DNA of 64,000 nt from an uncultured Acidobacteriaceae bacterium (lineage in GTDB: Bacteria > Acidobacteriota > Terriglobia > Terriglobales > Acidobacteriaceae): assembly GCA_963720955.1 (NCBI GenBank), contig CAVRHK010000028.1, forward strand, positions 48,333-112,332, in the 5' to 3' direction. This document shows positions 41,010 to 50,256 of this stretch, piece by piece; positions within the stretch are counted from its first letter, which is position 1, and every line of letters starts with the position of its first letter. The notes under the pieces were generated by a model, which was not told where the DNA came from, searched no databases, and saw nothing but the letters and a program-made list of their open reading frames with translations. A program made the translations under genes and the position numbers.

Positions 41010-43394
41010 GTGCGGCCACCGTTACCGATTCGCATAATAAGCTTTGAAGTTTTAGTTTCCACTGTAGTATTGCCTCATCTTGGGCCAAAAGAAATCCTAG
41101 TTTCGGCGGTCTGCGTGGAACGATCACGTTTTCTGGCGGTACCCCTCTGTGCGTTGATTCTGGCCGGCATGCTGCCGGGTCAAACTCCGGCTAAGGTTGA
41201 CTTCGCGAAGGATGTTCAGCCGTTGCTTCGGCAGAACTGCGTTGGCTGTCATGGCCCGATGAAGCAGAGCGGCGGGATGCGGCTGGACCGGAAGAGTTCG
41301 GCGCTGAAGTCGCGGCGGATCGTGCCCGGCAGCAGCGCCAACAGCTTTGTGTATCACCGGGTGAAGGGAACCGAGTTCGGAATGCAGATGCCGCCTACGG
41401 GCGATCTCCGTGCGGAAGATGTTGCCACGATCAAGAACTGGATTGACCAGGGCGCGGAGTGGCCGGATGCCCTCTCGAATGAAGTGGAGCTGCCGCCGCC
41501 GAGTCCAGAGGCTGTGGACATGGTGGAGGATCTGCGCACGGGCAATGTGGCTGCCTTTATGAAGGCGGCGGAGGCCAAGCCGGCGCTTCTGAACGCTCGC
41601 GGGCCGGAGGGGTCGACTCCGTTCATGTATGCGGTGCTGTATTCGAATGCGACGACCCTGGCGCAGCTGGCGAAGATTGGAGCCGACGTCAATGCGCACA
41701 ATGACGACAATGCGACGGCCCTGATGTGGGCGGCGAAGGACATCGATAAGACTCGCCTGCTGGTTGACCACGGAGCGGATGTCAACGTGAGGTCGGATGA
41801 TCTTCGGACGCCGCTGATGATTGCGGCGCGGAAGCCGGGCGGGGCTGCGATCGTTCAACTGCTGCTGGAGCATGGAGCCAATCCGAATCCGAACCCGCGG
41901 CCGGATACGGCGTCGTCCCCGCTGTTGGAAGCGGCGACCGCCGGCGATGCTGCGACCTTTGAACTCTTGTTGCAGCATGGAGCGACGATAAAGACTGACG
42001 GAGAGTATGTTCTCGCGATGGCGGTTATGACTAACTGCAACAGGTGCGTGGACCTGGCGGTTGCGAAGATCACTGATAAGAATGTGTACACGGCCGCTTT
42101 GCAAGACTCTGCTTTCGTCGGCGACACGCGATCGATGCAGATGATGCTCGACCATGGCGCCGATGTAAAGGGATTCGACATTACCGGGCGGACTGCGCTG
42201 ATGTACGTGGCGGCCTCAGATGTACTGCCACTAGGCGCAGTGAAGCTCCTGGTTGCTCACGGGGCAGATGTGAACGCCAGAAGCCGGCATACAAAGTCGG
42301 GCGACGAAGGCCTGACGGCGCTGGATATGGCGAAGCGGCATGGGAAGACACCGGTGCTCGAGTTTCTGGTGGCGTCTGGCGCAAAGGAAGGCGCGGTGAA
42401 GACGGTTGCGTTGAATCCGCGATTCAAGAATGAGATTCGTGCGGCGGTGCAGGACAGCCTTCCGCTGTTGCAGCGCGCGGATGCGAACTTCGCGACCAGT
42501 TCAGGGTGCGTGTCGTGCCACAACAACAGCCTGACGGCGATGACGGTAGGGCTGACTCGGACGCGGGGGTTGCGCATCGACGAGAAGACAGCCTCTACGC
42601 AGCTGCTGGTGAATGCCGGTGCGCTCGAAAAGACTCGCGACATGCTGCATCAGGGATTCCTGGTGCCGGTGGAGGATAACTTCAGCGAGAACGTTGTGGC
42701 GTACATCCTGCTGGGTCTCCACGCCGAGGGATACAAGGCCGACCTGAATACGGATGCAGCGGCGATGCACATTCTGTGGCGGCAGCAGCCGAACGGTGAG
42801 TGGTTCCAGCCGATGGCCGATACGCGGCAGCCGCTCTGCCTGAACCATATCGGGCAGACTGCGCTTTCGATGCGGGCGCTGCAGCTTTATGCGCCTAAGA
42901 CGGATGAAGCTGCTTATCGGCGATCGATTCAGCTGGGTGCTTTGTGGCTTGCGAATGCGAAGTCGTATAACAACGACGACCGAAGTTGGCGGGTAGCCGG
43001 ACTTGCGTGGGCCGGGACGAACAAGGTGGCTACGTCAAAGGCCGTGCGGGAGTTGATTGGTGCGCAGAAAGCGGATGGGGGCTGGTCTGATTTGCCGTCG
43101 ATGGAGAGCAGCGCCTACGCCACGGGAAAGAGTCTGGTTGCGCTGCATACGGCGGGCTTAGCGGTCTCCGATCCGACTTACAAGCGCGGGGTGAAGTGGC
43201 TGCTGAGTCACCAGCAGGAGGACGGCTCGTGGTGGGTGCAGACGCGAGCTTTGGCCTTCCAGCCTTCTTTCGACGCGGGATTTCCGCATGGGCATGATCA
43301 GTGGATCTCAAGCGCCGCCACGAATTGGGCGGCGATGGCGCTTACGCTAGGGTTGCCGGATGCCAACAGCGTAACTGCCTCGCGTCTGCGGTAG
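41010..43394 (+). CDS. Secreted multidomain protein: planctomycete-type cytochrome c domain + ankyrin repeats + CxxCH + prenyltransferase/squalene-cyclase-like QW repeats
   Basis: VDFAKDVQPLL..NCVGCH, TPFMYA/TALMWA/TPLMIA ankyrins, CVSCH and QQPNGEW/QKADGGW/QQEDGSW. Start probably near 41115. Confidence 0.85.
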   Translation: MRPPLPIRIISFEVLVSTVVLPHLGPKEILVSAVCVERSRFLAVPLCALILAGMLPGQTPAKVDFAKDVQPLLRQNCVGCHGPMKQSGGMRLDRKSSALKSRRIVPGSSANSFVYHRVKGTEFGMQMPPTGDLRAEDVATIKNWIDQGAEWPDALSNEVELPPPSPEAVDMVEDLRTGNVAAFMKAAEAKPALLNARGPEGSTPFMYAVLYSNATTLAQLAKIGADVNAHNDDNATALMWAAKDIDKTRLLVDHGADVNVRSDDLRTPLMIAARKPGGAAIVQLLLEHGANPNPNPRPDTASSPLLEAATAGDAATFELLLQHGATIKTDGEYVLAMAVMTNCNRCVDLAVAKITDKNVYTAALQDSAFVGDTRSMQMMLDHGADVKGFDITGRTALMYVAASDVLPLGAVKLLVAHGADVNARSRHTKSGDEGLTALDMAKRHGKTPVLEFLVASGAKEGAVKTVALNPRFKNEIRAAVQDSLPLLQRADANFATSSGCVSCHNNSLTAMTVGLTRTRGLRIDEKTASTQLLVNAGALEKTRDMLHQGFLVPVEDNFSENVVAYILLGLHAEGYKADLNTDAAAMHILWRQQPNGEWFQPMADTRQPLCLNHIGQTALSMRALQLYAPKTDEAAYRRSIQLGALWLANAKSYNNDDRSWRVAGLAWAGTNKVATSKAVRELIGAQKADGGWSDLPSMESSAYATGKSLVALHTAGLAVSDPTYKRGVKWLLSHQQEDGSWWVQTRALAFQPSFDAGFPHGHDQWISSAATNWAAMALTLGLPDANSVTASRLR

Positions 43395-43447
43395 GTTGTT
43401 TCCTTCAACTATCCGCTGAAACGTTGCGTGTGCGCTCGATATGTACT

Positions 43448-43730
43448 CAATAGCGAAGGGGCGATTTCTCTTTCGAGATCTCGCCCCTAGCTTTCCGATT
43501 TTCGAAGATCTGGTACGGCGCCCAGATCACAGCTACTCGCGACTTCAGAATTGTCCGGAACTACGAGCGGAGCCCGCGTTCTCCGTACTTTCCCGTCCTT
43601 ACTTTCGCTGCAAGAGCTTTCTTATGCCATACCGAATCAGCCAGTTTCCCGATTGCTTCGTGAGTTCCGTTGCCGGTTCTCGTGATGGCCCTTGTCTACT
43701 CTCTCCTACTGGAAGATTTCTCCTCCGTTG
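43448..43730 (-). ncRNA. Putative ~285-nt structured ncRNA, copy 2
   Basis: Same hairpins as copy 1; the GAUCUGG/CCAGAUC stem is fully Watson-Crick in this copy. Confidence 0.65.
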
Positions 43731-43898
43731 AGTTGAAAGATACTCGCGATCTAGCTAAAAAACATCAGGTAAAACAGCTATTTTTTTGTGCAAATCTGGC
43801 CAATATTGTGGAAATTTGCTGTCTATAGTGGTGGGTTGCACTTTCACTATGGAAACGTTCGTTGGCTAACTTGCCCAGGGCTCGAGTTTAGAAGATGA
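43448..43898. repeat. ~450-bp non-coding direct repeat, copy 2
   Basis: Aligns with 40447-40897 at an offset of about 3001 bp. Confidence 0.95.
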
Positions 43899-43920
43899 AA
43901 TTCGCGTTCAGGGGACGGGG

Positions 43921-44391
43921 CTACTTCGCTGCGCAATCCTTGTGTCCGGTATCCGCGACGCTGGCAATCACCCATTTTCCGTCCTGGCGGACGAGGTTGA
44001 ACAGATCTGTTCCGCAGTGGTCGACTTTTCCGTCGACTAGGAAGTCGAACGGGGCCCAGACTACGGCGAGGTCGTTGTCGATGCGCACGAGCGGGTCGTG
44101 AATTCGTTCTTCGATGTGCGTGGTGCCCGGTCTGCCGACGCGTTCCGCGAAGGCGTCGAAGGTCATCTGGGTGGCCTTGCCGTCGCGCATCAAAACCATG
44201 GTGCCGCCGGGCAGAGTTGGTTCTTTGATCGCGGCGGCGCTGCGTTTCGTCATGCCGTCAAACATTGCCTGTATGGGAGCAAGGACGGCCTGCTCTTCCG
44301 GTGTCGCAGCGTAGAGCGAGGCGGAGAGGAGGCCGGTGAGTGTTGCGCCGGTAAGAAACAGATGCAGGTGGAGTTGACGAGGAATCTTCAT
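43921..44391 (-). CDS. Secreted NTF2/SnoaL-like protein
   Basis: Signal peptide; EERIHDPLVRIDNDLAVVWAPFDF...HCGTDLFNLV...WVI. Confidence 0.8.
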   Translation of the reverse strand: MKIPRQLHLHLFLTGATLTGLLSASLYAATPEEQAVLAPIQAMFDGMTKRSAAAIKEPTLPGGTMVLMRDGKATQMTFDAFAERVGRPGTTHIEERIHDPLVRIDNDLAVVWAPFDFLVDGKVDHCGTDLFNLVRQDGKWVIASVADTGHKDCAAK

Positions 44392-44442
44392 GGCTCCCGA
44401 TTCTAAACCAGCTACACTGCGGGGCGCTGGTTCGTGGCGCCG

Positions 44443-44968
44443 CTAGAGGGTTTTTTCGAGCACCACAAAGTGGAGATCGTCGCGGAGAGGCCTGCCGAAG
44501 CGGTCGTCGCCGTAGGGGAAGGGCTTGGTCTCGCCAGTGCGGGTGTAGTCTCGCCGTTCGTACCAGGCGATCAGGAGTGTCTCGTAGCTGAATTACGGTC
44601 ATGCGTATCCGATGAGCGCCACGCTCCTTTGCGAAGTTTTCTGCTGCGGCCAGGAGGGTGCGACCGAGTTGCCTATTTTGCAGGTCGGGGCGGACGCTGA
44701 GTAGTCCGAGGTGCCATGCGCCGTCTTTGCCGGGATCCAGCCAGACTGTTCCGAGGAGTGGTCCGTCGGTGTCGTCGCGATAGGTTAGCAGATGTGCTTC
44801 GGGTTTGACCGCGAGGTCCTCTCGTAGGAGGGAGTCGTTCAGGCGTTGGCCGGCGATGATGTTGGCCTCCATGTTCCAGCTTGCCGACGGACCGGTGCTG
44901 CGGAAGGCAAGGTTGACGAGGTCGATGATCGCGACGTAGTCGGCTTCAGCAGCAGGATTGAGCAGCAT
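44443..44968 (-). CDS. GNAT N-acetyltransferase, frameshift near 44575
   Basis: LSVRPDLQNRQLGRTLL (motif A); C-terminus LIAWYERR..GETKPFPY in the shifted frame. Confidence 0.82.
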
Positions 44969-45037
44969 TCGTATCAGTCTAGAGGAGGATGGCAGTACAA
45001 TTCGAGCGAACCAGTCCCCAAAGGAGATATCACTGAC

Positions 45038-46090
45038 ATGTCGTGCTTTCGTCCCTTGTTGAGCAAGTTGAGGGTTACGTATGTTTTGGGATTTGTCACG
45101 ATTTCTTACTGCCCACATTTGACAAAGGCGCAGGAAGATGGACCGCCGCCGCCCCGCACTCCCGAGGCGCGAAAACAGGCACAAGCTCAGGATTCGCATG
45201 CTCAACAAGCGCAGGCGACCGGTTCGAACTACGATAAGGCACTTTTCAAAAACTGATGCCGAGAGACCAGATCGCATTTTTGAGTCAATTTACCGGCGTG
45301 GCGGCGAAGGATGTCATTCGAGACAAACAGTTCCGCAAATTGATGAAGAGCTTTGTTCCCGATTGCATGTTTCACTACGGCCCGGATATGCCGTTGATAG
45401 ACGCGCTGGACCTTGTCTTTAAAGGTTCTCCGCTGCAGGTTCAGATCCGCGATGGGCGATACATGACGATGTCTGGTCTGAACGGACCGTACCTCTCGGG
45501 CAGGGGGTTCCTGTGGATCGATAATGCAGGAGGGTATCGGACTGGGCGGATTTTATTTTCATCCGACGAATGGCGAACCTACGCCGTCGGTGAATGTTTT
45601 CTCGAGGCAGGTGTTGAAGGAAGATTACCTGAAGCTGAGTCAACTGCCGCCGGCGTTTGCCGAGGACCTGGTGCAGTGGTCGGAGGAGTCCAGAGTTCCG
45701 CCGCTTACGACGCGGTATTTCATTACCGGTTCGAACAAGAAGATCATGCTGGAACATGATGAAGATTTTTGCGCACCTCTGAGCGGGAGTTCGGCGCCTG
45801 GCGATAGCAGTTGCGTGGTGATGGATGCGGATGCCGCTGACCTGGATATGAATGCGGCCTACTATATGGATCAGACTCATCATGCAACCAACGCGACGGC
45901 GTGGATGATCACCGGTCAGGATCAAGTCGACTGGCTTCAGGTGCGGGTCAACACTTGCGGGCATGGTCCGCACCCGATGGCATGCCGCATTCGTATGACG
46001 CACGAACGCACAGCGGTGATCATCAACGAGGTCCTGTGCCGACCGCGCCGCATCCACCACATCGGTAGCACGGGTTGCGGGATTTCGGAC
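45038..46090 (+). CDS. Exported hypothetical protein with LprI-like C-terminal cysteine motif; at least two frameshifts
   Basis: AAGGAG RBS and ATG at 45038. Continues through ORFs 45256-45759 and 45524-46216; the 3' end is approximate. Confidence 0.55.
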
Positions 46091-46095
46091 CGGCA

Positions 46096-47595
46096 CTATT
46101 CGGCGGGTTTGCCTTTGGGCGGAGGTGGAATAGCTGACGTCGATGTTCGTGACCTTGCCCAGGGTGTCCAGCTTCGGGGTGATCTGCGCTTCGTTGCCAA
46201 CCACGATGATGGCTAACTTCGATACGTCGATGTACTTGTTTGCCACGCGCGTTACGTCTGCAGCGGTCACCTTTTCGATGCCTGCCTTGTATTTTTCGAG
46301 GGTGTCGGTAGGGTAGCCGTAGAAGGCAAGGACTACCTGCTCGTTGAGCGTCTTGTCGGGCGAGTCATAGTGAAAGATGAATGAGTTCAGGACCTGATCT
46401 TTTGCTTTGCTTAGCTCGGCCGGAGTCGGAGGCTCGGTTTTGAGGCGGCCGACCTCTGCGAGCATTGCCTGGGTGGCGGCGACGGTGGAGGCGCTCTTGG
46501 TTGCTGCTATGACGTAGAAGATTCCAGGGTGATCGTAGGACGCGCTGAAGCTGCCGCTGACACTGTAGGCGAGGCCGAGTTTCGTGCGGACGTTCTGGAC
46601 GACGCGCGAACCGAAGCCGCCGGAGAAGATTTCGTTCATGACGCTGAGCGCGTAGTAGTCGGGGTTGCTGCGCTCGGTGCCAAGGCCGACGATCAGTACG
46701 TTCGATTGGTTGACGTCTGACTTCTCGACGAAGTTGACGGTTTGTTTTGGATCGGTGAATGTGGCTTTGACGGATTCGAAATTTTCGCCGCGAGGCAGTG
46801 ATTCGAACGCTGCGCGAAGCTTTCGCTTCCATGGTTGCGCTGTCGAAGTCGCCGGAGACTGCGACGATGATGTTGTTGGGGACGACAGTCTTGTCGTGCC
46901 ATGCCTTTAGGTCGTCGAGTGTGACTGATTCGACGGTTGCGTACTCGACCTGATGTGCATAGGGATTGTGCGGGCCGTAGGCGAGTTTGATTGCCTCGCG
47001 CGTTGCGATACCGCTGGGATCGTCGTTGCGACGTGCAATGCCGGTTTCTACCTGACCCTTTGCCAGCTGGAGCTTTTCGGCCTTGAAGATGGGATGGAGC
47101 AGGAGATCGAGCGTCGTCGGCGAAGACGGTGTCGAAGTCGCCTTTCAGGCTCGACCAGTTGACTGAGGTCGAGGCGGTTCCGCCGGCCGTCTCGATGGAG
47201 GCTGCTTTCGCTTCGAGCTTGTCGTCGAGCTTGTCGCCGTCGATGGTGGCTGTGCCGCTGGTTCGCCAGGTTTCGCCGTAGAGGGAGACGAGGCCGATCT
47301 TTGCATCTGGTTCGTCGCGACTGCCGCCGCGAATTAGGATGGAGCCGTTGATGAAGGGCAGCTCATGGTCCTCTTGTAGAAAGATGATGAGGCCGTTTGC
47401 GAGTTCGATTCGCTTTGGTTGGGCGGGTTTGAATGGGTGGAGCGGAGGGATTGGAATTTTTTTCCAGGGCTGCGCAGCTGCGGCGGGTTTCGTTGTAGTT
47501 GGAGGCGCGGCGGGCGTGGTTTGAGCGACGCTGATTGTGGTCAGAAGGGTGGGGAAGAGGGCTACTGCGAGACGCATCGTCGAAGGCTTGTTCAT
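46096..47595 (-). CDS. M16 (pitrilysin-family) peptidase, non-catalytic subunit; several frameshifts
   Basis: LANGLIIFLQEDHELP, GGFGSR...VRTKLGLAYSV and KVTAADV.RVANKY; no HxxEH. Confidence 0.85.
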
Positions 47596-49160
47596 TTCGT
47601 ACCTCCTTCGTACGGCGCTGCAGGTGTTGTCAGTGTGGCATTCCCCGGGGCTGGCTTTTTCGGTGCGACAAAGTCAATTTGGGCGCTGGTCCGGTTGCTG
47701 TCGACGAAGATCTTATTGGCTACGCGTTTGACATCGGCCTTGTTGACCGCGTCGATTTTGCTTAGCTGGCGAAACAGTTGTCTCCAGTCGCCGAAGCGCG
47801 TCTGGTATTCCGCGAGCTGGTGTGCGAGGCCTTCGTTATTGCCAAGGCCACGCAGCAGATCCGCGCGTGCGCGGGTTTTGAAGCGTTGTAGCTCCTCATC
47901 GGAGACGTCCTCGTTCTTCATGCGGTCCAACTCTTTGTGGATGGACTTTCGCATCTCGTCGGGTGTGTGACCGGGCAGAGGAACGGCGTAGACGGCGAAC
48001 AGGCCAGGGTATTTGTATCCTGGAAAGCCGCTGAAGCCCTGGGCCTCGGCGGCGATGGATTGGTCGCGCACGAGGCTGCGATAGAGGCGGGCGGTGCGGC
48101 CGTTGGAGAAGATGTCGACGATTGCGTCGTAAACGGAGTCATCGGGGTCGCGATAGTCGGGGCGATGGTAGCCCTCGATGTAAAAGGGCTGGGTCGCTTC
48201 GCGGATGACTACGGATTTTTCTGCGACCTGTGGGGGTTCGATGGTGGTCATCGGCTCGGGCCGCGGGCCGGCGGGGATTGGCGCGAAGTAGCGCTCGAGG
48301 ATGGGTAGGGCCTCGGCCGCTTTCAGGTCGCCTACGACGGCGATCACGATGTTGGAGGGCACGTAGTATTTCTCGTGGAAGGTGGTGGCTTCGGCGGCGG
48401 AGACCTGGCTGATCTCACTCTCCCAGCCGACGCCGGGCCGCCGATAGGGGTGTGAGACGTAAGCCGTGGCGAGGAATTGTTCGATCATGCGGCCGACGGG
48501 GTCGGAGTCGACGCGCATGCGGCGTTCCTCCTGGACGACGTTGCGCTCTTTGTAGAACTCCCGCTCGACGGGGTGGCCGATGCGCTGGCTTTCGAGGTAG
48601 GCCCAGAGTTCGAGGCGGTTGGATGGCATGCTCCAGAAGTATTGCGTGGAGTCTTCGGCGGTCGATGCGTTGATTCCGACTGCGCCGTTCTCTTCCGCGA
48701 TTACGGAGAACTGATTTGGGATGACGTACTTCTGCGCGGCGGCCTGAGCGGCCTGGAAGGTTTTGAGCAACTCAGCGAGTTTCGCGGGGTCTTGTCCGAC
48801 GCGCTTGCGGTATTCGGCGTCGTAGGCCGCATAGGAAACTTCGACTTTGGCGAGGGCGATCTTTTCGGCGGGATAATTCGTTGTGCCGATCTCGGTGGTG
48901 CCCTTGAAGGCCATGTGCTCGAACATGTGGGCGAGGCCGCTGGCTCCCTGCGGATCGTCCGCCGAACCTGCGTCCACGAGTGTGTAGAAGCTGAAGACGG
49001 GGGCTTCGGGGCGTTCGCAGACGATGAGGGTCAGGCCGTTCGGCAGGACTTTTACGGTGGTGCGTTTTTCAAAGCTTGCGAGGTCCTGCGCTTTTGCCGT
49101 GCAAACAAAGGCAATGACACAGAGAACTACTGCGGCAAATCTACTTTTTACGTGCACCAA
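47592..49160 (-). CDS. M16 (pitrilysin-family) peptidase, catalytic subunit
   Basis: GLAHMFEHMAFKGT (HxxEH), NAST and EERRMR; signal peptide. Confidence 0.93.
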   Translation of the reverse strand: MVHVKSRFAAVVLCVIAFVCTAKAQDLASFEKRTTVKVLPNGLTLIVCERPEAPVFSFYTLVDAGSADDPQGASGLAHMFEHMAFKGTTEIGTTNYPAEKIALAKVEVSYAAYDAEYRKRVGQDPAKLAELLKTFQAAQAAAQKYVIPNQFSVIAEENGAVGINASTAEDSTQYFWSMPSNRLELWAYLESQRIGHPVEREFYKERNVVQEERRMRVDSDPVGRMIEQFLATAYVSHPYRRPGVGWESEISQVSAAEATTFHEKYYVPSNIVIAVVGDLKAAEALPILERYFAPIPAGPRPEPMTTIEPPQVAEKSVVIREATQPFYIEGYHRPDYRDPDDSVYDAIVDIFSNGRTARLYRSLVRDQSIAAEAQGFSGFPGYKYPGLFAVYAVPLPGHTPDEMRKSIHKELDRMKNEDVSDEELQRFKTRARADLLRGLGNNEGLAHQLAEYQTRFGDWRQLFRQLSKIDAVNKADVKRVANKIFVDSNRTSAQIDFVAPKKPAPGNATLTTPAAPYEGGTK

Positions 49161-49218
49161 GGTCCTCCAGAAGCTTTTCAGCCAAGAAACTAACTATACC
49201 GAAGCGTGCGGCCGGCCA

Positions 49219-49861
49219 CTAGCGGTGTTGGCTGAAGATGCCGCTGACTATATGACGTATGCGACCCCAAATCCGGTTCAACCAGCCTTCGGTCTCGGCC
49301 TTAATGGTTTCGACGACTGCGCTCAGGAATTGTTGCCGTGTCCAGTTGTTGCGCGCTGCACTAGGGCCTCGACGCATGCAGTGCTCGGCCGCCTGGGCCC
49401 ACGCTCCTGCCTCGACTGCCGCGACGAGGTGAGGAAATCCGTGGAACAGACCTGCGGGGCCGAGGTTGTAGATCAGGTCGAGCAGCGCCATCTTTATGGC
49501 GTCGGGGAGGAGGTTGTAGCGGGGGAACTGAATCCTCAGGTCTGTCTCGAAGCCTTGCAGTACGGAGCTGAGTTTTGCATCGATGGTTTGCTGGGTCAGT
49601 TCGAGCGAAGCGGGAGCTTTAGTAGAACGAGGAGGGGCGGCCAAGAGGAAGTCTGTCGATACGTGCAAACTCTGCGGCGATCTCCTGGGGAGTGGCTGGA
49701 CGAGTGCCCATGATAAACGGGAGTTCCTGGGCCGCTTTGACGTCGGGCAGCATCAGACCAACGCCGACGGTGACTTTACCGACCGTGTCGCGATACATCC
49801 ACGGCACGCAACCCTCAAACTCTTTCAACTTTGATAGCGATTGCTCTAGATATGTCGCCAC
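49219..49861 (-). CDS. T4-lysozyme-like (GH24) muramidase, frameshift near 49650
   Basis: EFEGCVPWMYRDTVGKVTVGVG gives E-x8-D-x5-T; also ALLDLIYNLG and AWAQAA. Confidence 0.75.
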
Positions 49862-50256
49862 GATAGCGCCAGCCTAGCACGCCAGCTCCCACGTTTCCAA
49901 CGCTCGATTTGCGCAGGCACACTCGAACTAATGTCGTGCACGGATTGCGAGATGGTTTGTTCAGCGAATCATTGCAAACCGATTAGGCGACGGTCTGGAA
50001 GGCGGTTTTCGACACGCAGGAAAGTGGTGAAGTGCTTGAACACCGAACCCAAATCCGGGGCGTGTTAAGACCAGTTCCAAAACAATAATTCAAAGTATCT
50101 ACAAAATGCCATGACTCCAGTGATATAAAGACTCGTCATCAAAGATGTCAAGTAAGCGTTTGTTCAAACTGACAACCTGAACGTTACGGCCGTTTTTGAA
50201 AGCCAATCGATGTATCGCACCACTGCACTAATTTTATGAGACCGGAAAGCTAAATC

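Noticed and set aside
40310-43731. Short ORFs inside the direct repeats (40310-40630 -, 40386-40613 +, 43441-43731 +)
   Set aside because: Frames and stops are not shared between the two copies, and substitutions fit base pairing rather than codons.
40447-43898. Repeats as IS or composite-transposon ends, MITEs or a CRISPR array
   Set aside because: No terminal inverted repeats, target duplication, transposase or repeat-spacer periodicity.
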